A stretch of 64,000 bases of DNA. Source: Flectonema sp. DT1601 (Eukaryota). The notes beneath the pieces were generated by a model that was not told where the DNA came from, made no database searches, and saw only the letters and a program-made list of their open reading frames with translations. Made by a program: the position numbers and the translations under genes. Of the stretch, positions 24,601 to 37,055 are shown in pieces (position 1 is the stretch's first letter; the number at the start of each line of letters is the position of its first letter). Location of the stretch: contig OZ025792.1 in assembly GCA_964019425.1 (NCBI GenBank), positions 434,001 to 498,000 of the forward strand, in the 5' to 3' direction.

Positions 24601-24968
24601 TTGCGAGAAACAAAATATTCAAAAAGAAAACAAAAACATACCGAGTCACTAAACTTACGTCCAATAAGTCTCTTGACTGTGTAGACGGTGTTGGTTGGGT
24701 TCTGGGCCATCTGGTTCTTAGCTCCGTCACCGATAAGACGTTCGGTGTCAGTGAAAGCAACAACGGATGGAGTGATACGGTTACCCATCTCGTTAGAGAT
24801 GATCTCAACCTGACCTCCCTTCCAAACTCCAACAACCGAGTAAGTGGTACCCAAATCGATACCAATGACTGGTCCTTCAACCTTACGGCTCTTCTCACCC
24901 TCATCTTCGTCGGCTCTACCACTCTGGAAGGCGAGCGCGACTAGGACGCATCCCAGTGCGAATTTCAT
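21616..24968 (-). CDS. BiP: BiP/GRP78 copy 2
   Basis: Near-identical to copy 1; same 4-exon structure. Confidence 0.97.
23729..24603 (-). repeat. 202-bp intronic tandem repeat, BiP copy 2 (4 full + partial)
   Basis: Units at 23793, 23995, 24197, 24399. Confidence 0.95.
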
Positions 24969-25458
24969 TGTTTTGTTGTAAAGATAACTGTCAGAAATTT
25001 AATAACTCCGAAGATGAATAATAATAATTATGACTGTCGCTTGACAACCACTTCAGCAACACTTTCAGTAGCACTTTGCAATCACAACTATCTTACAAAT
25101 GCTCAGAAGATGGTGAAGCTTCTCAATTATCTTCCCAACAGTATTCTCATTACCATAATGTTAACCTTGAAGGGGAAGAGAAAGAGACTGAGAAAAACCA
25201 AACACAGCACACCGACATCTTAAACACTATATCAGAAAAATCAAGTCCAAGCACAAGTGCCCGAACTTCAACCCAAGACGAACAACTCGTTAACGGAGAG
25301 GAACCCGAGTAAACATGGTCGAAATGCTACTAAGGCAAAATAAAACGGAGGTGTTTCGAAACCGGTCGTAGGTCCGAAACTCCTTGAAAATCAAAAAAAA
25401 AACAAAAAAAGAGGAAAACGAAACTAAAAATAAAAGACGACGAGCCACGCTACCCTAC

Positions 25459-28400
25459 TTAAAGCTCATCACTGTCACCCTCCTCCTCTTCTCCTTCACC
25501 ACCAGGAGCTCCTCCCTGTTGGTAAACGTTTGAGATGATTGGGTTCGACACTCCCTGCAACTTCTGGAGAGCCTCCTCGTACTCTTCCTTGTCAGCAGAT
25601 GGGTTCTCGTCCAAGAAGTCGAGAGCCTCCTTCACGGCGTCCTCGATGGTGCTCTTCTCGTCTGATGACAACTTAGCTCCCAACTTGTCGTCGTCGTTGA
25701 TCTGGTTCTTCAAGCTGTAGGCCATCGATTCCAAAGAGTTCTTGGCGTCGATCTTCTCCTTCAACTTCTTGTCTTCCTCCTCGAACTCCTCGGCCTCACG
25801 AACCATTCTCTCGATCTCCTCCTCGGAAAGTCTACCCTTGTCGTTGGTGATGGTGATCGATTCTTTGCTGCCACTTCCCTTGTCCTCAGCTCCGACAAGG
25901 AGGATACCGTTCTCGTCAACATCGAAAGAAACTTCAATCTGTGGAACACCACGTGCTGCTGGTGGGATTCCTGAGAGCTCGAACTTTCCTAACAATCTGT
26001 TGTCCTTGGTCATCGCACGCTCTCCCTCGAATACCTGTTTTGTTCATTGTTTGATTATTTGATTTTCGAGTTGCTAACCCCGTTTGACTAACACTAACAA
26101 CAACAACAACAACGTCGTCACATACCTGAATGTTGACTCCAGGCTGGTTGTCCTGGTAGGTGGAGAAAGTCTGCTGCTTCTTGGCCGGGATTGGAGTGTT
26201 ACGGTCAATCAACTTGGTCATCACTCCTCCAACGGTCTCGATACCCATCGACAATGGGATCACATCAACCAACAACACCTGGTCCTTCAACTCCTGCTCT
26301 CCACTGAGAACTGCTCCCTGGACAGCCGCTCCGTAAGCAACGGACTCGTCAGGGTTGATTCCTCTGTTTGGTTCCTTACCGTTGAAGAAGTCCTTGATGA
26401 GTGCCTGGATCTTTGGGATTCTGGTGGATCCTCCAACCAACACGATCTCGTCGACGTCGGTCTTCTTCAACTTCGAGTCGTCCATCACGGCCTTCACCGG
26501 CTTCAAAGTTCCCTTGAACAAGTCCATGTTCAACTCCTCGAACTTGGCACGGGTCATCTTCTCGGAGAAGTCAAGACCTTCGTCAAGACCGTCAACTTCA
26601 ACACGGGCCTCTGGCTGGGAGGAAAGCTGACGCTTGGCGGCCTCACATGCCTTTCTCAAACGAGCAAGGGCTCTGTGGTTTCTAGAAAGATCCTTTCCGT
26701 GCTTCTTCTGGATGACGGTCAAGTAGTGTGCAACCTGTTTGTTGTTGCGTTTTTTGATTATTTGTTGTTTCACATCTCCGTCAGCTCGCACACCATGCGG
26801 AACTTCAAATGAACAAAATAAACAAATCACATACCATTCTGTTGTCGAAGTCCTCTCCACCCAAGTGAGTGTCTCCGTTGGTGGCAACAACCTCAAAGAA
26901 TCCATCATCGATCTGAAGAAGGGAAACATCGAAAGTACCACCACCCAAGTCAAATACCAAGATGTTCTTCTCTCCTGAGGTGCTTCCTCCGGCGGTCTTG
27001 TCCAAACCGTAAGCGATGGCAGCAGCAGTTGGCTCGTTGATGATACGAACAACGTTCAATCCAGCGATGGTACCGGCATCCTTGGTCGACTGACGCTGGG
27101 CGTCGTTGAAGTACGCAGGGACAGTGACAACTGCGTTCTTAAGCTTCTGTCCCAAGAACTCCTCGGCGATGTCCTTCATCTTTCCCAAGATCATCGCTGA
27201 AACTTCTTCAGAAGTGTAGGTCTTCTTTTCTCCCTTGTACTGAACCTGAACCTTTGGTTGACCCTCAGATCCCTTTACGATGTCAAATGACAAGAGCTTC
27301 TTGTCCTTCTGAACAGACTGTTTTGGGTTTCGGTTTGATTGAGAAGAACAGGGGAGTAAAATCAATGAAGCTTCGCAGGACCAACTAAGCAAAAAAAGGG
27401 GGAAGCTGAATGATAGGCAATTATTGGATTCTCACGTCGGTACTCAGCAGTTCAATTGTCGGATGTCTCCCTGAAACACCACACGGAGAATACCTCGTAA
27501 ACCAGATACAACTACCGGTCACTTGTTCAACCTTTACTCCAACAACTACCACGTAAATAACAGTCGACTACTCTCTCACTCCTTACGTACACTACAGAAA
27601 CACGGTCGTAGTCTCAGATGCATAGCGAGAAGTGATTGTCTGTGACTGTGAGCGTTGATTTCTCACCGAAACACAACCAACGAACTCTCATTCAACCCAT
27701 TTACCCCAGCAGTAACTTGGCAAATGTCAGTCAAAAAACTAACAACCTCCCTCCAGTCAGCTACTCGACTGGTTCTCTCACTCCTTACGTACACTACAGA
27801 AACACGGTCGTAGTCTCAGATGCATAGCGAGAAGTGATTGTCTGTGACTGTGAGCGTTGATGTCTCACCGAAACACAACCAACAAACTCTCATTCAACCC
27901 ATTTACCCCAGCAGTAACTTGGCAAATGTCAGTCAAAAAACTAACAACCTCCCTCCAGTCAGCTACTCGACTGGTTCTCTCACTCCTTACGTACACTACA
28001 GAAACACGGTCGTAGTCTCAGATGCATAGCGAGAAGTGATTGCCTGTGACTGTGAGCGTTGATGTCTCACCGAAACACAACCAACGAACTCTCATTTACC
28101 CCAGCAGTAACTTGGCAAGCGTCAGTCAAAAAACTAACAACCTCCCTCCAGTCAGCTACTCGACTGGTTCTCTCACTCCTTACGTACACTACAGAAACAC
28201 GGTCGTAGTCTCAGATGCATAGCGAGAAGTGATTGCCTGTGACTGTGAGCGTTGATGTCTCACCGAAACACAACCAGCGAACTCTCATTCAACCCATTTA
28301 CCCCAGCAGTAACTTGGCAAGTGTCAGTCAAAAAACTAACAACCTCCCTCCAGTCAGCTACTCGACTGGTTCTCTCACTCCTTACGTACACTACAGAAAC

Positions 28401-28802
28401 ACGGTCGTAGTCTCAGATGCATAGCGAGAAGTGATTGCGAGAAACAAAATATTCAAAAAGAAAACAAAAACATACCGAGTCACTAAACTTACGTCCAATA
28501 AGTCTCTTGACTGTGTAGACGGTGTTGGTTGGGTTCTGGGCCATCTGGTTCTTAGCTCCGTCACCGATAAGACGTTCAGTGTCAGTGAAAGCAACAACGG
28601 ATGGAGTGATACGGTTACCCATCTCGTTAGAGATGATCTCAACCTGACCTCCCTTCCAAACTCCAACAACCGAGTAAGTGGTACCCAAATCGATACCAAT
28701 GACTGGTCCTTCAACCTTACGGCTCTTCTCACCCTCATCTTCGTCGGCTCTACCACTCTGGAAGGCGAGCGCGACTAGGACGCATCCCAGTGCGAATTTC
28801 AT
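25459..28802 (-). CDS. BiP: BiP/GRP78 copy 3
   Basis: Near-identical to copy 1; same 4-exon structure. Confidence 0.97.
27572..28437 (-). repeat. 202-bp intronic tandem repeat, BiP copy 3 (4 full + partial; one unit has a 9-bp deletion)
   Basis: Units at 27636, 27838, 28040 (193 bp), 28233. Confidence 0.95.
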
Positions 28803-28862
28803 TGTTTTGTTGTAAAGATAACTGTCAGAAATTTAATAACTCCGAAGATGAATAATAATAAT

Positions 28863-30242
28863 GTAATTATAAATATCACAGTGTATAAAAAATTTGGAGT
28901 ATAACAACTTTGGATATAAAAAAGATGGTGGATTCTCGGAAAAAAAACTTGGTGGATTTGTATAAAAAAGTATGAAAGTACACATTTTGACTGCAAAATG
29001 GTAGTTTTTGGGGATGAAATTTTCGCACTATGCGGAATTTTTTGAAAAAACGGGATCCTTTTGAACCCCTGAAGACGTCGGTAAGCAAGGTGGAGCTGGG
29101 TTTGATAAAGAAAGAGGAGCGGGTAAAAGAGCACAAAGTCTCGCTGCTATGAGAAGTGGTCAAGGGAGGAGTTGCTTAACATTGGTGAGATGGTGAACTC
29201 TGCCACCATTGTGTCAAGGGCGATTGTATACTTCAACACGGACCATAAGAAGAGATCAACAGTGCAGGCAGGGCAATGAAGCGCTTTGTTGAGGAACAAA
29301 AGAAGAAGACGAAGGGAGAACCAGGGCAGGTGAAATCTGGGAGACCAACCATCTTAACCACTGATAAGGAAGCGGGTGCTCGATTTAATTGAGAATATCC
29401 GTGCCTATGGTGGCTCTGTGTTAGCTTCTCTTCTCTGGTTTCAAGCACAGGTTATACGCCGGAACGCGTGGATTCCGGTTCCCTACAAGCAACATGGACC
29501 TACAAGTTCCTGAAACGGAAGGGTTGGATACGGTCTTGGAACCACTGCGAAAGTAGCGCCTGAAGCAGAACTCTTATCAGCTGGGTCAAGGTTTCTGAGC
29601 AATAGTCCCATACTTTATTAAGAAACGCCAGGAGCTGGACTCCAATCGGATCACCCTGGCCTCGCAGTATGACCAGTTTAGGGGGCAGATAACTGAGGAA
29701 GTCCTTCGTCGATTTGAAGAAGCCAATATCACGGTTATACTGGTGCAAGGCGGATGGACTTCTCATCTCCGGCTGCTGGATCCAACTGTGATGGCCAACT
29801 TCAAAGAAGCATCAAGCTTTCTTGGTGAGTGGATGACAGAGCAGATGCGCAAGCGGGAGGAAAAGTTGAAAAAATCAAAGCAAAAAGCTGATAGAAACTT
29901 TAAAGCGCTGCGAAAGGGAAGGATCCAAAGGGAGCTCTTGAATCCGAACCCATGTCAAAATGGATGAAGGAGCTCACAAAAACGAAGAACATTCGAGGGC
30001 CGCAAATTGGGTGGATAGTGACAGACCTTGATAGTATTACGAAAAATACTATCATGGCTGGTTTTATAAAAGCAGGTATTGTGAATCCTGCAAATCCACC
30101 CGAGCTCCTGAAGTCCGTAGTTGCTAAGTGTTTTCTGTGAATGATTGTACTAAAAAAACTTTGGATATAATAAAGATGGTGGATTTGGCCTTTTTTTGGA
30201 GACTTGGAGACTTTTTATACACCATGAAATTTATAATTACGG
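28863..30242 (+). mobile_element. Decayed pogo/Tigger-like (Tc1/mariner superfamily) DNA transposon, about 1.38 kb
   Basis: Imperfect ~29-bp TIRs (GTAATTATAAATATCACAGTGTATAAAAA versus revcomp of right end CCGTAATTATAAATTTCATGGTGTATAAAAA). Absent from the other spacers. Broken transposase fragments WTYKFLKRKG, ILVQGGWTSHLRLLDPTVMANFK (DDE_1-like) and TIMAGFIKAGI. Confidence 0.85.
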
Positions 30243-30685
30243 TAATAATAATAATTATGACTGTCGCTTGACAACCACTTCAGCAACACTTTCAGTAGCA
30301 CTTTGCAATCACAACTATCTTACAAATGCTCAGAAGATGGTGAAGCTTCTCAATTATCTTCCCAACAGTATTCTCATTACCATAATGTTAACCTTGAAGG
30401 GGAAGAGAAAGAGACTGAGAAAAACCAAACACAGCACACCGACATCTTAAACACTATATCAGAAAAATCAAGTCCAAGCACAAGTGCCCGAACTTCAACC
30501 CAAGACGAACAACTCGTTAACGGAGAGGAACCCGAGTAAACATGGTCGAAATGCTACTAAGGCAAAATAAAACGGAGGTGTTTCGAAACCGGTCGTAGGT
30601 CCGAAACTCCTTGAAAATCAAAAAAAAAACAAAAAAAGAGGAAAACGAAACTAAAAATAAAAGACGACGAGCCACGCTACCCTAC

Positions 30686-33637
30686 TTAAAGCTCATCACT
30701 GTCACCCTCCTCCTCTTCTCCTTCACCACCAGGAGCTCCTCCCTGTTGGTAAACGTTTGAGATGATTGGGTTCGACACTCCCTGCAACTTCTGGAGAGCC
30801 TCCTCGTACTCTTCCTTGTCAGCAGATGGGTTCTCGTCCAAGAAGTCGAGAGCCTCCTTCACGGCGTCCTCGATGGTGCTCTTCTCGTCTGATGACAACT
30901 TAGCTCCCAACTTGTCGTCGTCGTTGATCTGGTTCTTCAAGCTGTAGGCCATCGATTCCAAAGAGTTCTTGGCGTCGATCTTCTCCTTCAACTTCTTGTC
31001 TTCCTCCTCGAACTCCTCGGCCTCACGAACCATTCTCTCGATCTCCTCCTCGGAAAGTCTACCCTTGTCGTTGGTGATGGTGATCGATTCTTTGCTGCCA
31101 CTTCCCTTGTCCTCAGCTCCGACAAGGAGGATACCGTTCTCGTCAACATCGAAAGAAACTTCAATCTGTGGAACACCACGTGCTGCTGGTGGGATTCCTG
31201 AGAGCTCGAACTTTCCTAACAATCTGTTGTCCTTGGTCATCGCACGCTCTCCCTCGAATACCTGTTTTGTTCATTGTTTGATTATTTGATTTTCGAGTTG
31301 CTAACCCCGTTTGACTAACACTAACAACAACAACAACAACAACGTCGTCACATACCTGAATGTTGACTCCAGGCTGGTTGTCCTGGTAGGTGGAGAAAGT
31401 CTGCTGCTTCTTGGCCGGGATTGGAGTGTTACGGTCAATCAACTTGGTCATCACTCCTCCAACGGTCTCGATACCCATCGACAATGGGATCACATCAACC
31501 AACAACACCTGGTCCTTCAACTCCTGCTCTCCACTGAGAACTGCTCCCTGGACAGCCGCTCCGTAAGCAACGGACTCGTCAGGGTTGATTCCTCTGTTTG
31601 GTTCCTTACCGTTGAAGAAGTCCTTGATGAGTGCCTGGATCTTTGGGATTCTGGTGGATCCTCCAACCAACACGATCTCGTCGACGTCGGTCTTCTTCAA
31701 CTTCGAGTCGTCCATCACGGCCTTCACCGGCTTCAAAGTTCCCTTGAACAAGTCCATGTTCAACTCCTCGAACTTGGCACGGGTCATCTTCTCGGAGAAG
31801 TCAAGACCTTCGTCAAGACCGTCAACTTCAACACGGGCCTCTGGCTGGGAGGAAAGCTGACGCTTGGCGGCCTCACATGCCTTTCTCAAACGAGCAAGGG
31901 CTCTGTGGTTTCTAGAAAGATCCTTTCCGTGCTTCTTCTGGATGACGGTCAAGTAGTGTGCAACCTGTTTGTTGTTGCGTTTTTTGATTATTTGTTGTTT
32001 CACATCTCCGTCAGCTCGCACACCATGCGGAACTTCAAATGAACAAAATAAACAAATCACATACCATTCTGTTGTCGAAGTCCTCTCCACCCAAGTGAGT
32101 GTCTCCGTTGGTGGCAACAACCTCAAAGAATCCATCATCGATCTGAAGAAGGGAAACATCGAAAGTACCACCACCCAAGTCAAATACCAAGATGTTCTTC
32201 TCTCCTGAGGTGCTTCCTCCGGCGGTCTTGTCCAAACCGTAAGCGATGGCAGCAGCAGTTGGCTCGTTGATGATACGAACAACGTTCAATCCAGCGATGG
32301 TACCGGCATCCTTGGTCGACTGACGCTGGGCGTCGTTGAAGTACGCAGGGACAGTGACAACTGCGTTCTTAAGCTTCTGTCCCAAGAACTCCTCGGCGAT
32401 GTCCTTCATCTTTCCCAAGATCATCGCTGAAACTTCTTCAGAAGTGTAGGTCTTCTTTTCTCCCTTGTACTGAACCTGAACCTTTGGTTGACCCTCAGAT
32501 CCCTTTACGATGTCAAATGACAAGAGCTTCTTGTCCTTCTGAACAGACTGTTTTGGGTTTCGGTTTGATTGAGAAGAACAGGGGAGTAAAATCAATGAAG
32601 CTTCGCAGGACCAACTAAGCAAAAAAAGGGGGAAGCTGAATGATAGGCAATTATTGGATTCTCACGTCGGTACTCAGCAGTTCAATTGTCGGATGTCTCC
32701 CTGAAACACCACACGGAGAATACCTCGTAAACCAGATACAACTACCGGTCACTTGTTCAACCTTTACTCCAACAACTACCACGTAAATAACAGTCGACTA
32801 CTCACTCACTCCTTACGTACACTACAGAAACACGGTCGTAGTCTCAGATGCATAGCGAGAAGTGATTGTCTGTGACTGTGAGCGTTGATTTCTCACCGAA
32901 ACACAACCAACGAACTCTCATTCAACCCATTTACCCCAGCAGTAACTTGGCAAATGTCAGTCAAAAAACTAACAACCTCCCTCCAGTCAGCTACTCGACT
33001 GGTTCTCTCACTCCTTACGTACACTACAGAAACACGGTCGTAGTCTCAGATGCATAGCGAGAAGTGATTGCCTGTGACTGTGAGCGTTGATGTCTCACCG
33101 AAACACAACCAACGAACTCTCATTCAACCCATTTACCCCAGCAGTAACTTGGCAAGTGTCAGTCAAAAAACCAACTACCTCTCTCCAGTCAGCTACTCGA
33201 CTGGTTCTCTCACTCCTTACGTACACTACAGAAACACGGTCGTAGTCTCAGATGCATAGCGAGAAGTGATTGCGAGAAACAAAATATTCAAAAAGAAAAC
33301 AAAAACATACCGAGTCACTAAACTTACGTCCAATAAGTCTCTTGACTGTGTAGACGGTGTTGGTTGGGTTCTGGGCCATCTGGTTCTTAGCTCCGTCACC
33401 GATAAGACGTTCGGTGTCAGTGAAAGCAACAACGGATGGAGTGATACGGTTACCCATCTCGTTAGAGATGATCTCAACCTGACCTCCCTTCCAAACTCCA
33501 ACAACCGAGTAAGTGGTACCCAAATCGATACCAATGACTGGTCCTTCAACCTTACGGCTCTTCTCACCCTCATCTTCGTCGGCTCTACCACTCTGGAAGG
33601 CGAGCGCGACTAGGACGCATCCCAGTGCGAATTTCAT
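30686..33637 (-). CDS. BiP: BiP/GRP78 copy 4
   Basis: Near-identical; shorter intron 1 (2 full repeat units). Confidence 0.97.
32802..33272 (-). repeat. 202-bp intronic tandem repeat, BiP copy 4 (2 full + partial)
   Basis: Units at 32866, 33068. Confidence 0.95.
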
Positions 33638-34127
33638 TGTTTTGTTGTAAAGATAACTGTCAGAAATTTAATAACTCCGAAGATGAATAATAATAATTAT
33701 GACTGTCGCTTGACAACCACTTCAGCAACACTTTCAGTAGCACTTTGCAATCACAACTATCTTACAAATGCTCAGAAGATGGTGAAGCTTCTCAATTATC
33801 TTCCCAACAGTATTCTCATTACCATAATGTTAACCTTGAAGGGGAAGAGAAAGAGACTGAGAAAAACCAAACAAAGCACACCGATATCTTAAACACTATA
33901 TCAGAAAAATCAAGTCCAAGCACAAGTGCCCGAACTTCAACCCAAGACGAACAACTCGTTAACGGAGAGGAACCCGAGTAAACATGGTCGAAATGCTACT
34001 AAGGCAAAATAAAACGGAGGTGTTTCGAAACCGGTCGTAGGTCCGAAACTCCTTGAAAATCAAAAAAAAAACAAAAAAAGAGGAAAACGAAACTAAAAAT
34101 AAAAGACGACGAGCCACGCTACCCTAC

Positions 34128-36922
34128 TTAAAGCTCATCACTGTCACCCTCCTCCTCTTCTCCTTCACCACCAGGAGCTCCTCCCTGTTGGTAAACGTTT
34201 GAGATGATTGGGTTCGACACTCCCTGCAACTTCTGGAGAGCCTCCTCGTACTCTTCCTTGTCAGCAGATGGGTTCTCGTCCAAGAAGTCGAGAGCCTCCT
34301 TCACGGCGTCCTCGATGGTGCTCTTCTCGTCTGATGACAACTTAGCTCCCAACTTGTCGTCGTCGTTGATCTGGTTCTTCAAGCTGTAGGCCATCGATTC
34401 CAAAGAGTTCTTGGCGTCGATCTTCTCCTTCAACTTCTTGTCTTCCTCCTCGAACTCCTCGGCCTCACGAACCATTCTCTCGATCTCCTCCTCGGAAAGT
34501 CTACCCTTGTCGTTGGTGATGGTGATCGATTCTTTGCTGCCACTTCCCTTGTCCTCAGCTCCGACAAGGAGGATACCGTTCTCGTCAACATCGAAAGAAA
34601 CTTCAATCTGTGGAACACCACGTGCTGCTGGTGGGATTCCTGAGAGCTCGAACTTTCCTAACAATCTGTTGTCCTTGGTCATCGCACGCTCTCCCTCGAA
34701 TACCTGTTTTGTTCATTGTTTGATTATTTGATTTTCGAGTTGCTAACCCCGTTTGACTAACACTAACAACAACAACAACAACGTCGTCACATACCTGAAT
34801 GTTGACTCCAGGCTGGTTGTCCTGGTAGGTGGAGAAAGTCTGCTGCTTCTTGGCCGGGATTGGAGTGTTACGGTCAATCAACTTGGTCATCACTCCTCCA
34901 ACGGTCTCGATACCCATCGACAATGGGATCACATCAACCAACAACACCTGGTCCTTCAACTCCTGCTCTCCACTGAGAACTGCTCCCTGGACAGCCGCTC
35001 CGTAAGCAACGGACTCGTCAGGGTTGATTCCTCTGTTTGGTTCCTTACCGTTGAAGAAGTCCTTGATGAGTGCCTGGATCTTTGGGATTCTGGTGGATCC
35101 TCCAACCAACACGATCTCGTCGACGTCGGTCTTCTTCAACTTCGAGTCGTCCATCACGGCCTTCACCGGCTTCAAAGTTCCCTTGAACAAGTCCATGTTC
35201 AACTCCTCGAACTTGGCACGGGTCATCTTCTCGGAGAAGTCAAGACCTTCGTCAAGACCGTCAACTTCAACACGGGCCTCTGGCTGGGAGGAAAGCTGAC
35301 GCTTGGCGGCCTCACATGCCTTTCTCAAACGAGCAAGGGCTCTGTGGTTTCTAGAAAGATCCTTTCCGTGCTTCTTCTGGATGACGGTCAAGTAGTGTGC
35401 AACCTGTTTGTTGTTGCGTTTTTTGATTATTTGTTGTTTCACATCTCCGTCAGCTCGCACACCATGCGGAACTTCAAATGAACAAAATAAACAAATCACA
35501 TACCATTCTGTTGTCGAAGTCCTCTCCACCCAAGTGAGTGTCTCCGTTGGTGGCAACAACCTCAAAGAATCCATCATCGATCTGAAGAAGGGAAACATCG
35601 AAAGTACCACCACCCAAGTCAAATACCAAGATGTTCTTCTCTCCTGAGGTGCTTCCTCCGGCGGTCTTGTCCAAACCGTAAGCGATGGCAGCAGCAGTTG
35701 GCTCGTTGATGATACGAACAACGTTCAATCCAGCGATGGTACCGGCATCCTTGGTCGACTGACGCTGGGCGTCGTTGAAGTACGCAGGGACAGTGACAAC
35801 TGCGTTCTTAAGCTTCTGTCCCAAGAACTCCTCGGCGATGTCCTTCATCTTTCCCAAGATCATCGCTGAAACTTCTTCAGAAGTGTAGGTCTTCTTTTCT
35901 CCCTTGTACTGAACCTGAACCTTTGGTTGACCCTCAGATCCCTTTACGATGTCAAATGACAAGAGCTTCTTGTCCTTCTGAACAGACTGTTTTGGGTTTC
36001 GGTTTGATTGAGAAGAACAGGGGAGTAAAATCAATGAAGCTTCGCAGGACCAACTAAGCAAAAAAAGGGAGAAGCTGAATGATAGGCAATTATTGGATAG
36101 AGCACAGTCTCCCCTCACCACGCCCGCCTGCTGGAAGTCAATAGGCAGGTCAATCACGACTCGGCAGTTCAATTATCGGATGTCTCCCTGAAACACCACA
36201 CGGAGAATACCTCGTAAACCAGATACAACTACCGGTCACTTGTTCAACCTTTACTCCAACAACTACCACGTAAATAACAGTCGACTACTCTCTCACTCCT
36301 TACGTACACTACAGAAACACGGTCGTAGTCTCAGATGCATAGCGAGAAGTGATTGTCTGTGACTGTGAGCGTTGATTTCTCACCGAAACACAACCAACGA
36401 ACTCTCATTCAACCCATTTACCCCAGCAGTAACTTGGCAAATGTCAGTCAAAAAACTAACAACCTCCCTCCAGTCAGCTACTCGACTGGTTCTCTCACTC
36501 CTTACGTACACTACAGAAACACGGTCGTAGTCTCAGATGCATAGCGAGAAGTGATTGCGAGAAACAAAATATTCAAAAAGAAAACAAAAACATACCGAGT
36601 CACTAAACTTACGTCCAATAAGTCTCTTGACTGTGTAGACGGTGTTGGTTGGGTTCTGGGCCATCTGGTTCTTAGCTCCGTCACCGATAAGACGTTCGGT
36701 GTCAGTGAAAGCGACAACGGATGGAGTGATACGGTTACCCATCTCGTTAGAGATGATCTCAACCTGACCTCCCTTCCAAACTCCAACAACCGAGTAAGTG
36801 GTACCCAAATCGATACCAATGACTGGTCCTTCAACCTTACGGCTCTTCTCACCCTCATCTTCGTCGGCTCTACCACTCTGGAAGGCGAGCGCGACTAGGA
36901 CGCATCCCAGTGCGAATTTCAT
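34128..36922 (-). CDS. BiP: BiP/GRP78 copy 5
   Basis: Near-identical; intron 1 has 1 full repeat unit plus a private segment near 36098-36162. Confidence 0.97.
36289..36557 (-). repeat. 202-bp intronic repeat, BiP copy 5 (1 full + partial)
   Basis: Unit at 36353. Confidence 0.95.
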
Positions 36923-37055
36923 TGTTTTGTTGTAAAGATAACTGTCAGAAATTTAATAACTCCGAAGATGAATAATAAATAATAATAATAACAGGCACCT
37001 GACAACCACTCAACAATACCTTTAGTATTCAGAAAGGAGACTCACCATTTGGTTG

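Larger units (their letters stand above)
17770..36980 (-). repeat. Head-to-tail tandem array of five BiP units (basic period about 3843 bp)
   Basis: Identical ORF sets recur at a 3843-bp offset; period changes are explained by intron repeat number and the transposon. Confidence 0.97.
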
